From assembly GCF_000195975.1 (NCBI RefSeq), contig NC_005070.1, positions 2,160,001 through 2,192,000 on the forward strand: a stretch of DNA of 32,000 nt, given 5' to 3'. A program made the translations under genes and the position numbers. A model generated the notes under the pieces. The model was not told where the DNA came from. It made no database searches and saw only the letters and a list, made by a program, of their open reading frames with translations. Positions 1 to 9,570 of this stretch are shown here, piece after piece (the first letter of the stretch is position 1; each line of letters begins with the position of its first letter). Source of the DNA: Parasynechococcus marenigrum WH 8102. Its GTDB lineage: Bacteria > Cyanobacteriota > Cyanobacteriia > PCC-6307 > Cyanobiaceae.

Positions 1-1340
1 GGGCCGCACTCCTGCTCTGCCTGCTGGTGTTCCTGGGACCGATGGCCAAGTCGGCGCAGTTCCCACTGCATGTGTGGCTTCCAGATGCGATGGAGGGCCC
101 CACCCCGATTTCCGCCCTGATTCATGCCGCAACGATGGTCGCCGCGGGAGTCTTCCTGGTGGCTCGCCTAGATCCGCTCTACAGCCAGTTCCCGATTGTC
201 CAGACCGTGATCGCCGTGGTGGGCACGATCACCTGCTTTCTGGGGGCATCGATCGCCCTCACCCAGATGGACCTGAAGAAGGGGCTGGCGTACAGCACCG
301 TCTCGCAGCTCGGATACATCATGCTGGCCATGGGCTGCGGAGCCCCTGTCGCAGGACTGTTCCACCTGGTCACCCACGCCTTTTTCAAGGCGATGCTGTT
401 CCTGGGATCGGGCTCAGTCATCCACGCCATGGAAGAGGTGGTCGGCCACGAACCGGTCCTTGCCCAGGACATGCGGCTCATGGGTGGTCTGCGCCAGAAG
501 ATGCCGGTGACGGCCATCACCTTCTTCATTGGCTGTATCGCGATCAGCGGCATCCCCCCCCTGGCAGGGTTCTGGAGCAAGGACGAAATTCTCGGCCAGG
601 CCTTCAACAGCTTCCCCGTCCTCTGGCTGGTGGGCTTCCTCACCGCCGGGATGACCGCCTTCTACATGTTCCGACTGTATTTCCTCACCTTTGAAGGTGA
701 GTTCCGCGGCAACGACACGGCCATGCAGGCCCAGCTGCTGACGGCATCAGGCAAGGACCCTGGCGACCATCACGCCCTTGGCGGCAGCGTTCATGAATCC
801 ACCTGGCCCATGGCAGCCCCTCTGGCGGTGCTGGCAGTGCCTTCGGTCCTGGTGGGCCTGCTGGGCACTCCTTGGAACAGCCGCTTCGCCGGCCTTCTGA
901 ATCCAGAGGAAGCCATGGAGATGGCCGAGCATTTCAGCTGGAACGAGTTCCTGCCCCTGGCCGGCGCTTCCGTGGCCATCTCTGTTGTGGGCATCACCCT
1001 GGCCGTGCTGGCCTACGCCCTGCACCGCATTGACCTGGGTGTGTTGGTGGCAGGTCGTTTCCCCAGCATCAACGCCTTCCTGACCAACAAGTGGTACCTC
1101 GATGCCATCAACGAGAAGTTGTTCGTGCGTGGCAGCCGCAAGCTGGCCCGGGAAGTGCTGGAGGTCGACGCCAAAGTTGTGGATGGCGTGGTGAATCTCA
1201 CTGGCCTACTCACCCTTGGCAGTGGAGAGGGTCTGAAATATCTGGAAACGGGTCGAGCCCAGTTCTATGCCCTGATCGTTTTCGCTGGAGTGATCGGTCT
1301 GGTGGTGTTGTTTGGCGTCATCGGCGGACCAACCGCCTGA
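1..1340 (+). CDS. ndhF: NDH-1 (NAD(P)H-quinone oxidoreductase) subunit 5, NdhF. This is the C-terminal part; the 5' end lies outside the window and the in-frame codons start at nt 3.
   Basis: The frame is open from the window edge. The motif 'AKSAQFPLHVWLPDAMEGPTPISALIHAATMV' is the NuoL/NdhF antiporter-like signature. The protein is a multi-TM hydrophobic one and is followed by ndhD. Confidence 0.92.
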   Translation, partial: AALLLCLLVFLGPMAKSAQFPLHVWLPDAMEGPTPISALIHAATMVAAGVFLVARLDPLYSQFPIVQTVIAVVGTITCFLGASIALTQMDLKKGLAYSTVSQLGYIMLAMGCGAPVAGLFHLVTHAFFKAMLFLGSGSVIHAMEEVVGHEPVLAQDMRLMGGLRQKMPVTAITFFIGCIAISGIPPLAGFWSKDEILGQAFNSFPVLWLVGFLTAGMTAFYMFRLYFLTFEGEFRGNDTAMQAQLLTASGKDPGDHHALGGSVHESTWPMAAPLAVLAVPSVLVGLLGTPWNSRFAGLLNPEEAMEMAEHFSWNEFLPLAGASVAISVVGITLAVLAYALHRIDLGVLVAGRFPSINAFLTNKWYLDAINEKLFVRGSRKLAREVLEVDAKVVDGVVNLTGLLTLGSGEGLKYLETGRAQFYALIVFAGVIGLVVLFGVIGGPTA

Positions 1341-1360
1341 CCATTCACCAGCTCATGTGT

Positions 1361-1384
1361 GTCATCGCCTATCGAGGTGATGAC
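1361..1384 (+). promoter_or_regulatory. RNA hairpin in the ndhF-ndhD spacer: 9-bp stem with one G-U pair and a 6-nt loop.
   Basis: gtcatcgcc (1361-1369), tatcga, ggtgatgac (1376-1384), read directly from the sequence. No U-tract follows. It could be a processing or stability element. Confidence 0.25.
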
Positions 1385-1433
1385 AGTTGGGCTGTGATTT
1401 CTACGATCCAGCCAGTGGTGATCGGGACAGATC

Positions 1434-3074
1434 GTGATCGAATTTGCAGTCGCTGGGGCGAATGACCCCATTGCGGCGACCGTGCCCTGGCTGAGCCTCT
1501 CCATTCTTGTTCCGATCGTGGGCGCCCTGCTGGTGCCGTTCATTCCGGACTCCGGTGATGGCAAGCAGATTCGCTGGTACGCCCTCGGCGTCACCCTGAT
1601 CACCTTCCTGATCACGGTGAGCGCTTACCTCAATGGTTATGACCCGAGCCTCAGCGGTCTGCAGCTGAGCGAACGGGTGAGTTGGCTACCGGACCTTGGT
1701 CTCACCTGGGCCGTTGGAGCCGATGGGTTGTCGATGCCGCTGATCTTGCTGACCAGTTTCATCACAAGCCTGGCCTGCCTGGCGGCCTGGCCGGTGAGCT
1801 TCAAGCCACGCCTGTTCTATTTCCTGCTCCTGGCGATGGATGGCGGCCAGATCGCCGTGTTCGCCGTGCAGGACATGCTGCTGTTCTTCCTGGCCTGGGA
1901 ACTGGAGCTGATCCCGGTGTATCTGCTCCTGGCGATCTGGGGTGGCAAGAAGCGCCAGTACGCCGCCACCAAATTCATCCTGTACACCGCCGGAAGTTCC
2001 CTGTTCATCCTGCTGGCGGCCCTGGCCATGGGCTTCTTTGGCGGAGGAACCCCCAGCTTTGAGTACACCGCCCTGGCGGCGAAGGACTTCGGCAGTGGCT
2101 TCCAATTGCTCTGCTACGCAGGCCTGTTGATCGCTTTCGGGGTGAAGCTGCCGATTGTGCCGCTGCACACCTGGCTTCCCGATGCTCACGGTGAGGCCAC
2201 GGCCCCGGTGCACATGCTCCTGGCGGGCATCCTGCTGAAGATGGGCGGCTACGCCCTGCTGCGGTTCAACTGCGAGCTGCTGCCTGCTGCCCACGCCCAG
2301 TTCGCACCGCTTCTGATCGTGCTCGGGGTGGTGAACATCATCTACGCCGCGCTCACCTCCTTCGCCCAGCGCAACCTCAAGCGCAAGATCGCCTACAGCT
2401 CCATCAGCCACATGGGCTTTGTGCTGATTGGTGTGGGCAGCTTCAGTGCCCTCGGCACCAGCGGCGCCATGCTGCAGATGATCAGCCACGGGCTGATCGG
2501 AGCGAGCCTGTTCTTCCTCGTGGGTGCCACCTACGACCGCACCCACACTCTTCAACTGGACGAAATGGGTGGTGTGGGTCAGAAGATGCGAACGATGTTC
2601 GCGCTCTGGACCGTCTGCGCCCTGGCTTCCTTGGCGCTGCCGGGCATGAGCGGCTTCGTCAGCGAGCTGATGGTGTTCGCAGGCTTTGCCACCGATGAGG
2701 CCTATACCCTGCCGTTCCGGGTGGTGATCTGTTGCCTGGCCGCCGTCGGTGTGATCCTCACACCGATTTATCTGCTCTCCATGCTGCGGGAGATCTTCTT
2801 CGGCAAGGAGAAGCAGGAGCTGGTCTCCCACACCAACCTCGTGGACGCAGAGCCGCGTGAGGTGTACATCATCGGCTGTCTGTTGGTGCCGATCATTGGC
2901 ATCGGCCTCTACCCACGGCTGATGACCGACAGCTACAGCCGATCGATCGAAGCCCTGGTGGGACGTGACCTCGGTGCCATGGAACGGATCACCCAACCCA
3001 CCGCACCATTAATCCGTGGCCAGGCTCCAGCGGTGCCGGCAGTCCTGAGCGCGCCATCGGTTCCAGCCTCGTAA
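1434..3074 (+). CDS. ndhD: NDH-1 subunit 4, NdhD (NuoM family). The start is a GTG at 1434 and there is no in-frame ATG near the N-terminus.
   Basis: 546-aa ORF with '[34 protein letters not shown]' (NuoM/NdhD signature). It lies immediately downstream of ndhF. The exact start is uncertain; an alternative GTG sits just before 'PWLSLSIL'. Confidence 0.9.
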   Translation: MIEFAVAGANDPIAATVPWLSLSILVPIVGALLVPFIPDSGDGKQIRWYALGVTLITFLITVSAYLNGYDPSLSGLQLSERVSWLPDLGLTWAVGADGLSMPLILLTSFITSLACLAAWPVSFKPRLFYFLLLAMDGGQIAVFAVQDMLLFFLAWELELIPVYLLLAIWGGKKRQYAATKFILYTAGSSLFILLAALAMGFFGGGTPSFEYTALAAKDFGSGFQLLCYAGLLIAFGVKLPIVPLHTWLPDAHGEATAPVHMLLAGILLKMGGYALLRFNCELLPAAHAQFAPLLIVLGVVNIIYAALTSFAQRNLKRKIAYSSISHMGFVLIGVGSFSALGTSGAMLQMISHGLIGASLFFLVGATYDRTHTLQLDEMGGVGQKMRTMFALWTVCALASLALPGMSGFVSELMVFAGFATDEAYTLPFRVVICCLAAVGVILTPIYLLSMLREIFFGKEKQELVSHTNLVDAEPREVYIIGCLLVPIIGIGLYPRLMTDSYSRSIEALVGRDLGAMERITQPTAPLIRGQAPAVPAVLSAPSVPAS

Positions 3075-3141
3075 ACAAGTGTCGAGGTCTGCCCCAGAGC
3101 GCGTTGAAGTCCGTAAGTTCTGATCGCATTCGGCCCTTTCC

Positions 3142-3519
3142 ATGCGCCAGATCAACTTCGGCCTGATCTTCGGCTTCGGACTGCTCACGGTGTTCTTCAC
3201 CCTCGAGAACACCGCCCCCACCACCGTTCATGTTCTGCCCGGGATGAACTACACCCTGCCGCTGGCTGGCCTGTTGCTGCTGGTGGCGGGTGTTGGTGCT
3301 GTGTCCGCCTGGTTCTTCGCCGCCTGGACAGGGATGCTGAACAATGTGGAACGCATCACGCAGGCCAGCGAGTTTGAAGCTCAGCAGGTGCGCATCCAGG
3401 AACTCGAAACAGACCTGAACCGCTATCGCTCCACGGTGCAGACCCAGCTCGGCCTGCTGCCGGCCACCACAGTCAGCAGCAGCAGCCAGGGGGATGACAA
3501 CAGCAGCGACGCCGCCTGA
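3142..3519 (+). CDS. Small membrane protein, LapA-domain (DUF1049)-like, with a C-terminal coiled-coil.
   Basis: ATG start. There are two TM helices, 'INFGLIFGFGLLTVFFTLENT' and 'LPLAGLLLLVAGVGAVSAWFF', then the polar stretch 'EFEAQQVRIQELETDLNRYR'. Confidence 0.7.
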   Translation: MRQINFGLIFGFGLLTVFFTLENTAPTTVHVLPGMNYTLPLAGLLLLVAGVGAVSAWFFAAWTGMLNNVERITQASEFEAQQVRIQELETDLNRYRSTVQTQLGLLPATTVSSSSQGDDNSSDAA

Positions 3520-3541
3520 TCCCAGGCTGCCACTGGCATCT

Positions 3542-3568
3542 GAGCTGAAGGACCGATACCTTCAGCTC
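3542..3568 (+). terminator. Perfect 10-bp stem / 7-nt loop hairpin 23 nt after the stop of the LapA-like gene and 15 nt before the scpA start.
   Basis: gagctgaagg (3542-3551), accgata, ccttcagctc (3559-3568); the arms are exact reverse complements. No T-tract follows, so it may be a terminator, an attenuator or an RNA-stability element. Confidence 0.35.
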
Positions 3569-3582
3569 AATCGGGATCGCAC

Positions 3583-4485
3583 GTGCCCCAGGCGGCCAGC
3601 CATGAGAGTGCTGATGCAGGCGCCCGCCTGGCCATCCGCCTGCTGCAGGACGCAGCTGAACGGGGGGAGCTCGACCCCTGGGATGTGGATGTGATCGCCG
3701 TCGTGGACGGCTTTCTGGATCAGCTCCGCCAACGCATCGAGGTGCCACGGCAGGTGGCGGCAGTCCTCGATGGCCGAGGCGGCAGCTACGAACGTGACCT
3801 GGCGGACAGCAGTGAGGCCTTCCTGGCCGCCTCAGTGCTGGTGGGGTTGAAAGCCGAGGTGCTTGAAGCCAGCATCTTGCCGCCTCCTGTTGAGGTGGAG
3901 GAGTACATCGATGCCGAGTTCGACGCCCAGGGATGGCTGGACCAGAGCTTCGATCTGCCGCATCGACCAGAACGTCATCTTCAACGCCGGCCTGTGGCCC
4001 CGCCGCCGTTGCGGCGGCCGGTCACCCTCGGCGAGCTGATCGAACAACTGGAATCCATCGCCGAGCACCTTGAAGCCGACGAGCTCGAAGCCCGCCGCCG
4101 CCAACGCAAGCGGCGCTTCAGCAACCGCGAAGCGATCGCTCAGGTAGCGGGCCTGGCCCACCGAGAAAAACTGCCAGAAACCACAGCAGCCCTGGGGGTT
4201 TATCTCAACGGCTGGGAGGACGCCCTGGACTGGATCGACTTTGAACGCTTGGTTCAGCGCTGGACCAGCGTGGCTCCAGGCGATCTGGACACCGATCGGG
4301 TGGGAGTCTTCTGGGCTCTGCTGTTTCTGTCCTCCCAGGGGGCGGTGGAACTGGAGCAGGAGGGCTGGTTACATGCTCCCCTCCGGCTGAAACGGATCCC
4401 AGCCAGCGGCAGCTTCACCCAGCTCCCGATCACCCGGTTGGAGGTGCCAGATCCAGTGCCGACCCGAACGACGCAGGCGGCTTGA
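3583..4485 (+). CDS. scpA: Segregation and condensation protein A (kleisin ScpA).
   Basis: GTG start. The N-terminal 'LAIRLLQDAAERGELDPWDVDVIAVVDGFL' matches the conserved ScpA N-terminus, and the length of 300 aa fits. Confidence 0.8.
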   Translation: MPQAASHESADAGARLAIRLLQDAAERGELDPWDVDVIAVVDGFLDQLRQRIEVPRQVAAVLDGRGGSYERDLADSSEAFLAASVLVGLKAEVLEASILPPPVEVEEYIDAEFDAQGWLDQSFDLPHRPERHLQRRPVAPPPLRRPVTLGELIEQLESIAEHLEADELEARRRQRKRRFSNREAIAQVAGLAHREKLPETTAALGVYLNGWEDALDWIDFERLVQRWTSVAPGDLDTDRVGVFWALLFLSSQGAVELEQEGWLHAPLRLKRIPASGSFTQLPITRLEVPDPVPTRTTQAA

Positions 4486-4531
4486 GGAGCGGTTTAGTCT
4501 TCACCATCCTGTGATGTCAGAAACGCCGATG

Positions 4532-5707
4532 AAGGCGATGATCCTGGCGGCCGGAAAGGGAACAAGGGTCCAGCCGATCACCCATGTGATCCCCAAACCG
4601 ATGATCCCGATCCTGCAGAAACCCGTGATGGAGTTTCTGCTTGAACTGCTCAAGGAGCATGGCTTCAACGAGGTGATGGTGAACGTCTCCCACCTGGCTG
4701 AGGAGATCGAAAATTATTTCCGCGATGGGCAGCGCTTCGGCGTGGAGATCGCTTACAGCTTCGAAGGGCGGATTGAAGATGGCGAACTGATCGGCAGCGC
4801 CCTGGGTTCAGCTGGCGGACTGAAGAAAATTCAGGATTTCCAGAACTTCTTCGACGACACCTTCGTGGTGCTCTGCGGTGACGCTCTGATCGATCTCGAC
4901 CTCACCGAAGCGGTTCGTCGCCACCGAGAGAAAGGTGCCCTTGCCAGCCTTGTCACCAAGCGCGTCCCCAAGGAACAGGTAAGCAGCTACGGCGTCGTGG
5001 TCACAGACGCTGAAGACCGGATCTCCCACTTCCAGGAAAAACCCAAGGTGGAAGAAGCCTTGAGTGACACGATCAACACCGGCATTTACATCTTCGAACC
5101 TGGGATTTTTGATCACATCCCGTCGGGCGTATCCTTTGACATCGGCTCCGACCTGTTCCCGAAACTGGCGGAGCTCGGGGCACCGTTTTATGCCATTCCG
5201 ATGGATTTCGAGTGGGTGGATATCGGCAAGGTGCCTGATTACTGGCAGGCCATCCGCAGCGTTCTTCTCGGGGATGTGCGTCAGGTGGGCATTCCCGGCA
5301 AAGAAATTCAGCCGGGTGTTTACACCGGCCTCAACGTTGCCGCCAACTGGGACAAGATCAACGTGAGCGGTCCGGTCTACGTGGGAGGCATGACCAAGAT
5401 CGAAGACGGTGCAACGATTGTTGGCCCAGCGATGATTGGCCCCAGCTGCCACATCTGTGAAGGAGCCGTGATCGACAATTCGATCATCTTTGACTATTCC
5501 CGGATTGGAGCCGGTGTGCAGTTGGTGGAGAAATTGGTGTTCGGCCGCTACTGCGTGGGCAAGGATGGCGACCACTTCGACCTTCAGGAAGCAGCGCTGG
5601 ACTGGTTGATCACCGATGCGCGTAGACAGGACCTCGTGGAGCCTTCACCGCAGCAGAAAGCCATGGCCGAACTGCTGGGAACCGAGCTCACTCAGGCAGC
5701 CAGCTGA
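4532..5707 (+). CDS. Sugar-1-phosphate nucleotidylyltransferase (mannose-1-P guanylyltransferase-like) with a C-terminal left-handed beta-helix.
   Basis: 'MKAMILAAGKGTRVQPIT..PKPMIPI' is the NTP-transferase signature G-x-G-T-R loop. The C-terminus has hexapeptide-like repeats. Alternative upstream starts exist at GTG 4511 and ATG 4514. Confidence 0.85.
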   Translation, partial: KAMILAAGKGTRVQPITHVIPKPMIPILQKPVMEFLLELLKEHGFNEVMVNVSHLAEEIENYFRDGQRFGVEIAYSFEGRIEDGELIGSALGSAGGLKKIQDFQNFFDDTFVVLCGDALIDLDLTEAVRRHREKGALASLVTKRVPKEQVSSYGVVVTDAEDRISHFQEKPKVEEALSDTINTGIYIFEPGIFDHIPSGVSFDIGSDLFPKLAELGAPFYAIPMDFEWVDIGKVPDYWQAIRSVLLGDVRQVGIPGKEIQPGVYTGLNVAANWDKINVSGPVYVGGMTKIEDGATIVGPAMIGPSCHICEGAVIDNSIIFDYSRIGAGVQLVEKLVFGRYCVGKDGDHFDLQEAALDWLITDARRQDLVEPSPQQKAMAELLGTELTQAAS

Positions 5708-6585
5708 TTAACTCCAGCTTGATCAAGCACCAAGGGGATCCGTTCCTCAGCTTTGATCGCCATCAGGTGAACCCCCTGGACAATTCCGAGGTAACGCTTC
5801 ACCTGCTCCGCCGCGATTGCCACCCCCTCCATGGCGGGATTATCTGCTGATTCCAACCGCAGAATCAGGTCTTCAGGGATGCAGGCACCCGGCACCACAC
5901 GGTTGATGAAGCGGGCATTCTTAGCCGACTTGAGCAGAAATACACCCGCCAAAACCGGCAGGTTCAGCGGTTCCGCCAACTCAACCTGAAACCGCTCCAG
6001 TGCTGAAGGGTCCATCACCATCTGGGTCTGCACAAAGCGAGCACCGGCTTCGTGTTTGCGATGCAAGCGCCGTTGCAGCCCACTCCAGCTGCGCGATTGG
6101 GGATCAGCGGCACAGCCGGCGAACAGTTGCGTCGCACCATCCGGCAAATCAGCCTTCACGGGATCCTTCCCTTGATTGAAGGCCGTCACCTGACGCAGCA
6201 GCTTCACCGATTCGAACTCATTCACCGGTCGGGCATCGGCCTGATCACCCGCCCGCACGGGATCACCCGTGAGACAGAGCAGGTTGTGGATGCCTAGGGC
6301 ATGGGCTCCCAGCAGATCCGCCTGCAGCGCCAGACGGTTGCGATCCCGACACGCCAACTGCAACACAGGCTCCAGGCCTCGATCCAGCAGCAGACGGCAG
6401 ACCGCCAGGCTGCTCATCCGCATCACCGCACGACTGCCGTCGGTGACATTGACGGCATGCACCCGTCCCTTGAGATGGTCCGCCATGGCCAGCGTGTGGG
6501 AGGGATCTCCTCCCCGGGGGGGCATCACCTCCGCCGTCATCGCCTGCTGACCGGACTCAATCGCGCGTTGGAGCGCCGTCGTCAA
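5692..6585 (-). CDS. metF: 5,10-methylenetetrahydrofolate reductase.
   Basis: 297 aa with 'AVNVTDGSRAVMRMSSLA', 'LQLACRDRNRLALQADLLGA' and 'NLLCLTGDP', which are typical MTHFR motifs. Its 3' end overlaps the convergent nucleotidyltransferase gene by 16 nt. Confidence 0.88.
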   Translation of the reverse strand: MTTALQRAIESGQQAMTAEVMPPRGGDPSHTLAMADHLKGRVHAVNVTDGSRAVMRMSSLAVCRLLLDRGLEPVLQLACRDRNRLALQADLLGAHALGIHNLLCLTGDPVRAGDQADARPVNEFESVKLLRQVTAFNQGKDPVKADLPDGATQLFAGCAADPQSRSWSGLQRRLHRKHEAGARFVQTQMVMDPSALERFQVELAEPLNLPVLAGVFLLKSAKNARFINRVVPGACIPEDLILRLESADNPAMEGVAIAAEQVKRYLGIVQGVHLMAIKAEERIPLVLDQAGVNQLAA

Positions 6586-6668
6586 ACCCTGAACTGCCGA
6601 TGGAGCCCACTATGCAGGATCAGATCATCCGACGGGACTACCATTAGTTGAAAGGGTGGTTGAGGCCC

Positions 6669-6944
6669 ATGTCCAGCAGCGATCCAAGCGATCCCCTCAA
6701 CATTTCTCTCTCAGCACGGGAGATTGAGATCATTGAATTGGTGGCGGAGGGCCTCACCAATCAAGAAATCGCTGACCGGCTCACCATCAGCAAACGCACG
6801 GTGGATAACCACGTCAGCAACGTGTTCACCAAAACGGGCTCAAAAAACCGTGTGGCACTGCTGAACTGGGCGATGGACAACGGCAAGATCTGCCGGGATG
6901 GCTTCAACTGCTGTGCCCTTCCAGATGCCGATGGCCCCGAATGA
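6669..6944 (+). CDS. Small stand-alone LuxR/FixJ-type HTH transcription regulator with no receiver or ligand domain.
   Basis: 'LSAREIEIIELVAEGLTNQEIADRLTISKRTVDNHVSNVFTKTGSKNRVALLNWA' is a complete GerE/LuxR HTH. ATG 6669 is preferred over the TTG at 6648. Confidence 0.85.
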   Translation: MSSSDPSDPLNISLSAREIEIIELVAEGLTNQEIADRLTISKRTVDNHVSNVFTKTGSKNRVALLNWAMDNGKICRDGFNCCALPDADGPE

Positions 6945-7089
6945 TCATCCCGGGCTGAGCGGGCTCGGGGAGCTCCTGTAGGGAACTGGACGACAGTTGG
7001 ATCTTGAACAAGGCGGCGTACTCGACGCAGGCCTCCAAGCTTCTGCCAACAAAACGAAGCATTCCTTCCCGGTCGTAGAGGCCCACCAT
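6904..7089 (-). CDS. Candidate 61-aa small protein downstream of the CYTH gene; function unknown.
   Basis: ATG at 7089 (the complement of 7087-7089 is 'cat'). I counted G/C at about 43 of 59 third codon positions, which resembles the coding genes here. The ORF is co-directional with nadK-CYTH. Its 3' end overlaps the LuxR gene by 41 nt. I recognise no homology. Confidence 0.35.
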   Translation of the reverse strand: MVGLYDREGMLRFVGRSLEACVEYAALFKIQLSSSSLQELPEPAQPGMIIRGHRHLEGHSS

Positions 7090-7148
7090 CGCCCGAAAGC
7101 GGCTGCTGTTCAAACCTAAAGGAAATCGAAAGAGTCTTCCAGGTCTGC

Positions 7149-7655
7149 TCAGGCGTAACCGAAGGCCTGCCGTTCTGTCAGAGGCCAATCCTGCAGCGGC
7201 CGCCTGGCCAATGCTGCATTGGACCAGCGCCCATCGCCGGTGATTTCCTGCCCGCACCACGACGGAATCTCCAGGGGTGTTTGCGCGGCTGGCAGCTCCA
7301 CCTCCGCCAGCAGCAAGGGACCATTGCGTCCGGCGAAGTGGTCAACGACCCAGTCCCCGCCAGCCAAGGAGAGTTGGTAGCGGGTCTTCTCCAGACGATG
7401 GGGGGCCAGGGTCCACAGCGACTCGGCATCCGCAACCGGAATGGCGTATTCGAACTCATGGCGCACCAGCCCAATGGCATCGGCGGCTGCCTTGAGAGTG
7501 AGCCAGGCGGCTTCAGCCCCACGCAGACGAATCCGCACCGTGATGCCTTCGGCGCTGGCGGCCAGGTAGCCCTGGCGCAGTGGCTGGGGTTCTCCCGCCA
7601 GAGATCGCCAGTCCTCACCGTTCAACAAGAAGCGTCGTTCGATTTCGACGGCCAT
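7149..7655 (-). CDS. CYTH-domain protein (CyaB/ThTPase-like triphosphate tunnel metalloenzyme).
   Basis: The N-terminal 'EIERRFLL' (the ExExK/R-type CYTH signature) and the 168-aa length fit. The start lies 7 nt after the nadK stop. Confidence 0.8.
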   Translation of the reverse strand: MAVEIERRFLLNGEDWRSLAGEPQPLRQGYLAASAEGITVRIRLRGAEAAWLTLKAAADAIGLVRHEFEYAIPVADAESLWTLAPHRLEKTRYQLSLAGGDWVVDHFAGRNGPLLLAEVELPAAQTPLEIPSWCGQEITGDGRWSNAALARRPLQDWPLTERQAFGYA

Positions 7656-7662
7656 GGTTCGC

Positions 7663-8613
7663 TCAGTTGTGGGAGGGCTGGGCTGCCGTCAGGCTTCCGG
7701 CCCAGTGCAGCTTGGAGGCCACGGTGCGGTAATAGGAAGGGCTCTGGTTCAGTTGCACCATCTGGGCATGGTGGCGGGCTTGCTGCACCACGCAGCATTC
7801 GCCTGGTTCCAGCACCGTGCAGCCAACACCGTCCTTCCATAGTTTGATCCGATGGTCACCGGCCCCTAAGGGCCAGATCACCAGTCGGGCCCGCGGCGGG
7901 ACCACCACCGTGCGGCTGGAGAGGCTCATCGGGCAGATCGGTGCCACCACAATGGCGTCGATGCCCGGATGCAAAATCGGACCCCCAGCTGCAAGGGCAT
8001 AGCCCGTGGAACCGGTGGGAGTTGAAAGGATCAGTCCATCGCCGCGGATCTGGTCCACCACTTCCCCATCGATTTCCAATTCGAGGGTGCAGGTGGGTGA
8101 AATCTCATCGCGGTAAGCGCGCAGATAAAAGTCATTGAGCGCCCAGTGGTGCTCGTCATCGTCCTCGACATCAGGCTGCTGCAGCGGCGTCGGTGCGTCC
8201 GCCCGCTCCTCAGCGCTGCGGCGATCCACCATCGCCTGAAGCATCATCCGCCGCTCCATGGCGTACTGATCATTGAGAAGACGCTGCCAGATCTCATCCC
8301 CCCGCAGCACACGGCGGTCATGGGTGAGGAAGCCGAGATGCCCCCCCACATTGATGCTGAGAATGGGGATGTCGTGGACGGCCAGGTGGCGGGCAGCCCC
8401 CAGAACAGTGCCATCTCCCCCGAGCACCACCGCCAGATCAGGAAGTTGCTCCTGCGTCGCCAACAGGCCTGGGAATGGGTTGACCCGGGCCCCAGACATG
8501 GCAGTGGTCACCTCACTACCAAGAGCCTTGAGCTCCTTGGCGCACTGACGGGCTTCACGTTGAGCAGGCTGGCTGTCAGCCCGATAGATCACCCAGACCC
8601 GATCGAGACGCAT
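7663..8613 (-). CDS. nadK: NAD+ kinase.
   Basis: The motifs '[16 protein letters not shown]' (GGDG), '[10 protein letters not shown]' and '[21 protein letters not shown]' are canonical NAD kinase motifs. The start is an ATG. Confidence 0.92.
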   Translation of the reverse strand: MRLDRVWVIYRADSQPAQREARQCAKELKALGSEVTTAMSGARVNPFPGLLATQEQLPDLAVVLGGDGTVLGAARHLAVHDIPILSINVGGHLGFLTHDRRVLRGDEIWQRLLNDQYAMERRMMLQAMVDRRSAEERADAPTPLQQPDVEDDDEHHWALNDFYLRAYRDEISPTCTLELEIDGEVVDQIRGDGLILSTPTGSTGYALAAGGPILHPGIDAIVVAPICPMSLSSRTVVVPPRARLVIWPLGAGDHRIKLWKDGVGCTVLEPGECCVVQQARHHAQMVQLNQSPSYYRTVASKLHWAGSLTAAQPSHN

Positions 8614-8628
8614 GGCCCCTGTGGATGG

Positions 8629-8958
8629 TTACCAGCGGAGCAGGTTGAACTGTTCCATATCGACGGTAACCCTGTTGCGATAGAGCGACAGCAGGATGGC
8701 AAGACCCACGGCTGCTTCTGCAGCAGCCACTGTGATCACGAACACAGCGAATACCTGACCGCGAATCAGGTCACCATCGACATAGGACGAAAATGCCATC
8801 AGGTTGATGTTCACTGCATTGAGCATCAGCTCGATGCTCATCAGCACCCGCACAGCGTTGCGGCTGTTGATCAATCCCCAGACGCCGATGCAGAACAGCA
8901 TCGCTGCCAGCAGCAGGTAGGCCTGAAGCGAAGGAAGTTGAGAAAGAAGCTCGGTCAT
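8629..8958 (-). CDS. ndhE: NDH-1 subunit 4L, NdhE (NuoK).
   Basis: 109 aa with three TM helices, '[20 protein letters not shown]' and '[18 protein letters not shown]'. Confidence 0.92.
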   Translation of the reverse strand: MTELLSQLPSLQAYLLLAAMLFCIGVWGLINSRNAVRVLMSIELMLNAVNINLMAFSSYVDGDLIRGQVFAVFVITVAAAEAAVGLAILLSLYRNRVTVDMEQFNLLRW

Positions 8959-8967
8959 CGTTCAGGG

Positions 8968-9570
8968 TCAGGAGGAAGGCCGCTCAACCAGCAGCGGGGT
9001 GCGGGATTTTTCGATCAGGCCCTGATCAGCGACCTCACCGGTCACAACATCCGTCGCCAGCACATCTCGGCGAGCCAGAACGATGGCTCCGATCATCGCC
9101 ATCAGCAGCAATACGGACGCCACCTCAAAGGGCAACAGGTAGTCGGTGAACAGGTGCTCGCCGATGCGAGCGGTTGCCTCTTCACCCACAGCAGCAGGGC
9201 CAGGTAAGGACCAGGGAGTGGTGAGCACAACGCGGACCAGCAGCGCCAGCAGCCCCAGACAAACCCCGCCCGAAACAGCCCGTCGAACGTTCAATCCAGC
9301 GATGGCCTTGAGGTCCTCGCGCTTGTTCACGAGCATGATCGCGAACAGGATCAACACATTGATCGCCCCCACGTACACGAGGACCTGGGCCGCGGCGACA
9401 AAACTGGCATTCAGCAGCAGGTAGAGACCGGCCACGGCCATGAAGACACCTCCCAGAAGGAAGGCGGAATAGACGATGTTGCTGAGCAGTACGACCCCCA
9501 GGGCACCGGTCACCACGACCGCGGACAACACCAGGAAACAGATCAGTTCGGTGGTTGTGGCAATGCTCAT
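8968..9570 (-). CDS. ndhG: NDH-1 subunit 6, NdhG (NuoJ).
   Basis: 200 aa and hydrophobic, with '[23 protein letters not shown]'. The ATG overlaps the ndhI TGA as ATGA at 9567-9570. Confidence 0.9.
   Translation of the reverse strand: MSIATTTELICFLVLSAVVVTGALGVVLLSNIVYSAFLLGGVFMAVAGLYLLLNASFVAAAQVLVYVGAINVLILFAIMLVNKREDLKAIAGLNVRRAVSGGVCLGLLALLVRVVLTTPWSLPGPAAVGEEATARIGEHLFTDYLLPFEVASVLLLMAMIGAIVLARRDVLATDVVTGEVADQGLIEKSRTPLLVERPSS

Noticed and set aside
1686-2996. 436-aa minus-strand ORF antisense to ndhD.
   Set aside because: It lies entirely within a confidently identified NuoM-family gene. The composition is rich in Gly, Arg, Gln, His and Glu with no recognisable motifs, which is a typical stop-codon-poor antisense frame in high-GC DNA.
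4132-4139. HIP1-type palindromes GCGATCGC, also at 13431-13438 and 23111-23118.
   Set aside because: Three copies in 32 kb compare with roughly one expected from base composition by a rough calculation. This is too weak to call enrichment, and all three lie inside coding regions.
8146-9207. 353-aa plus-strand ORF spanning nadK, ndhE and ndhG in antisense.
   Set aside because: It crosses three well-supported minus-strand genes and their intergenic gaps, has no motifs, and is a GC-rich artefact.
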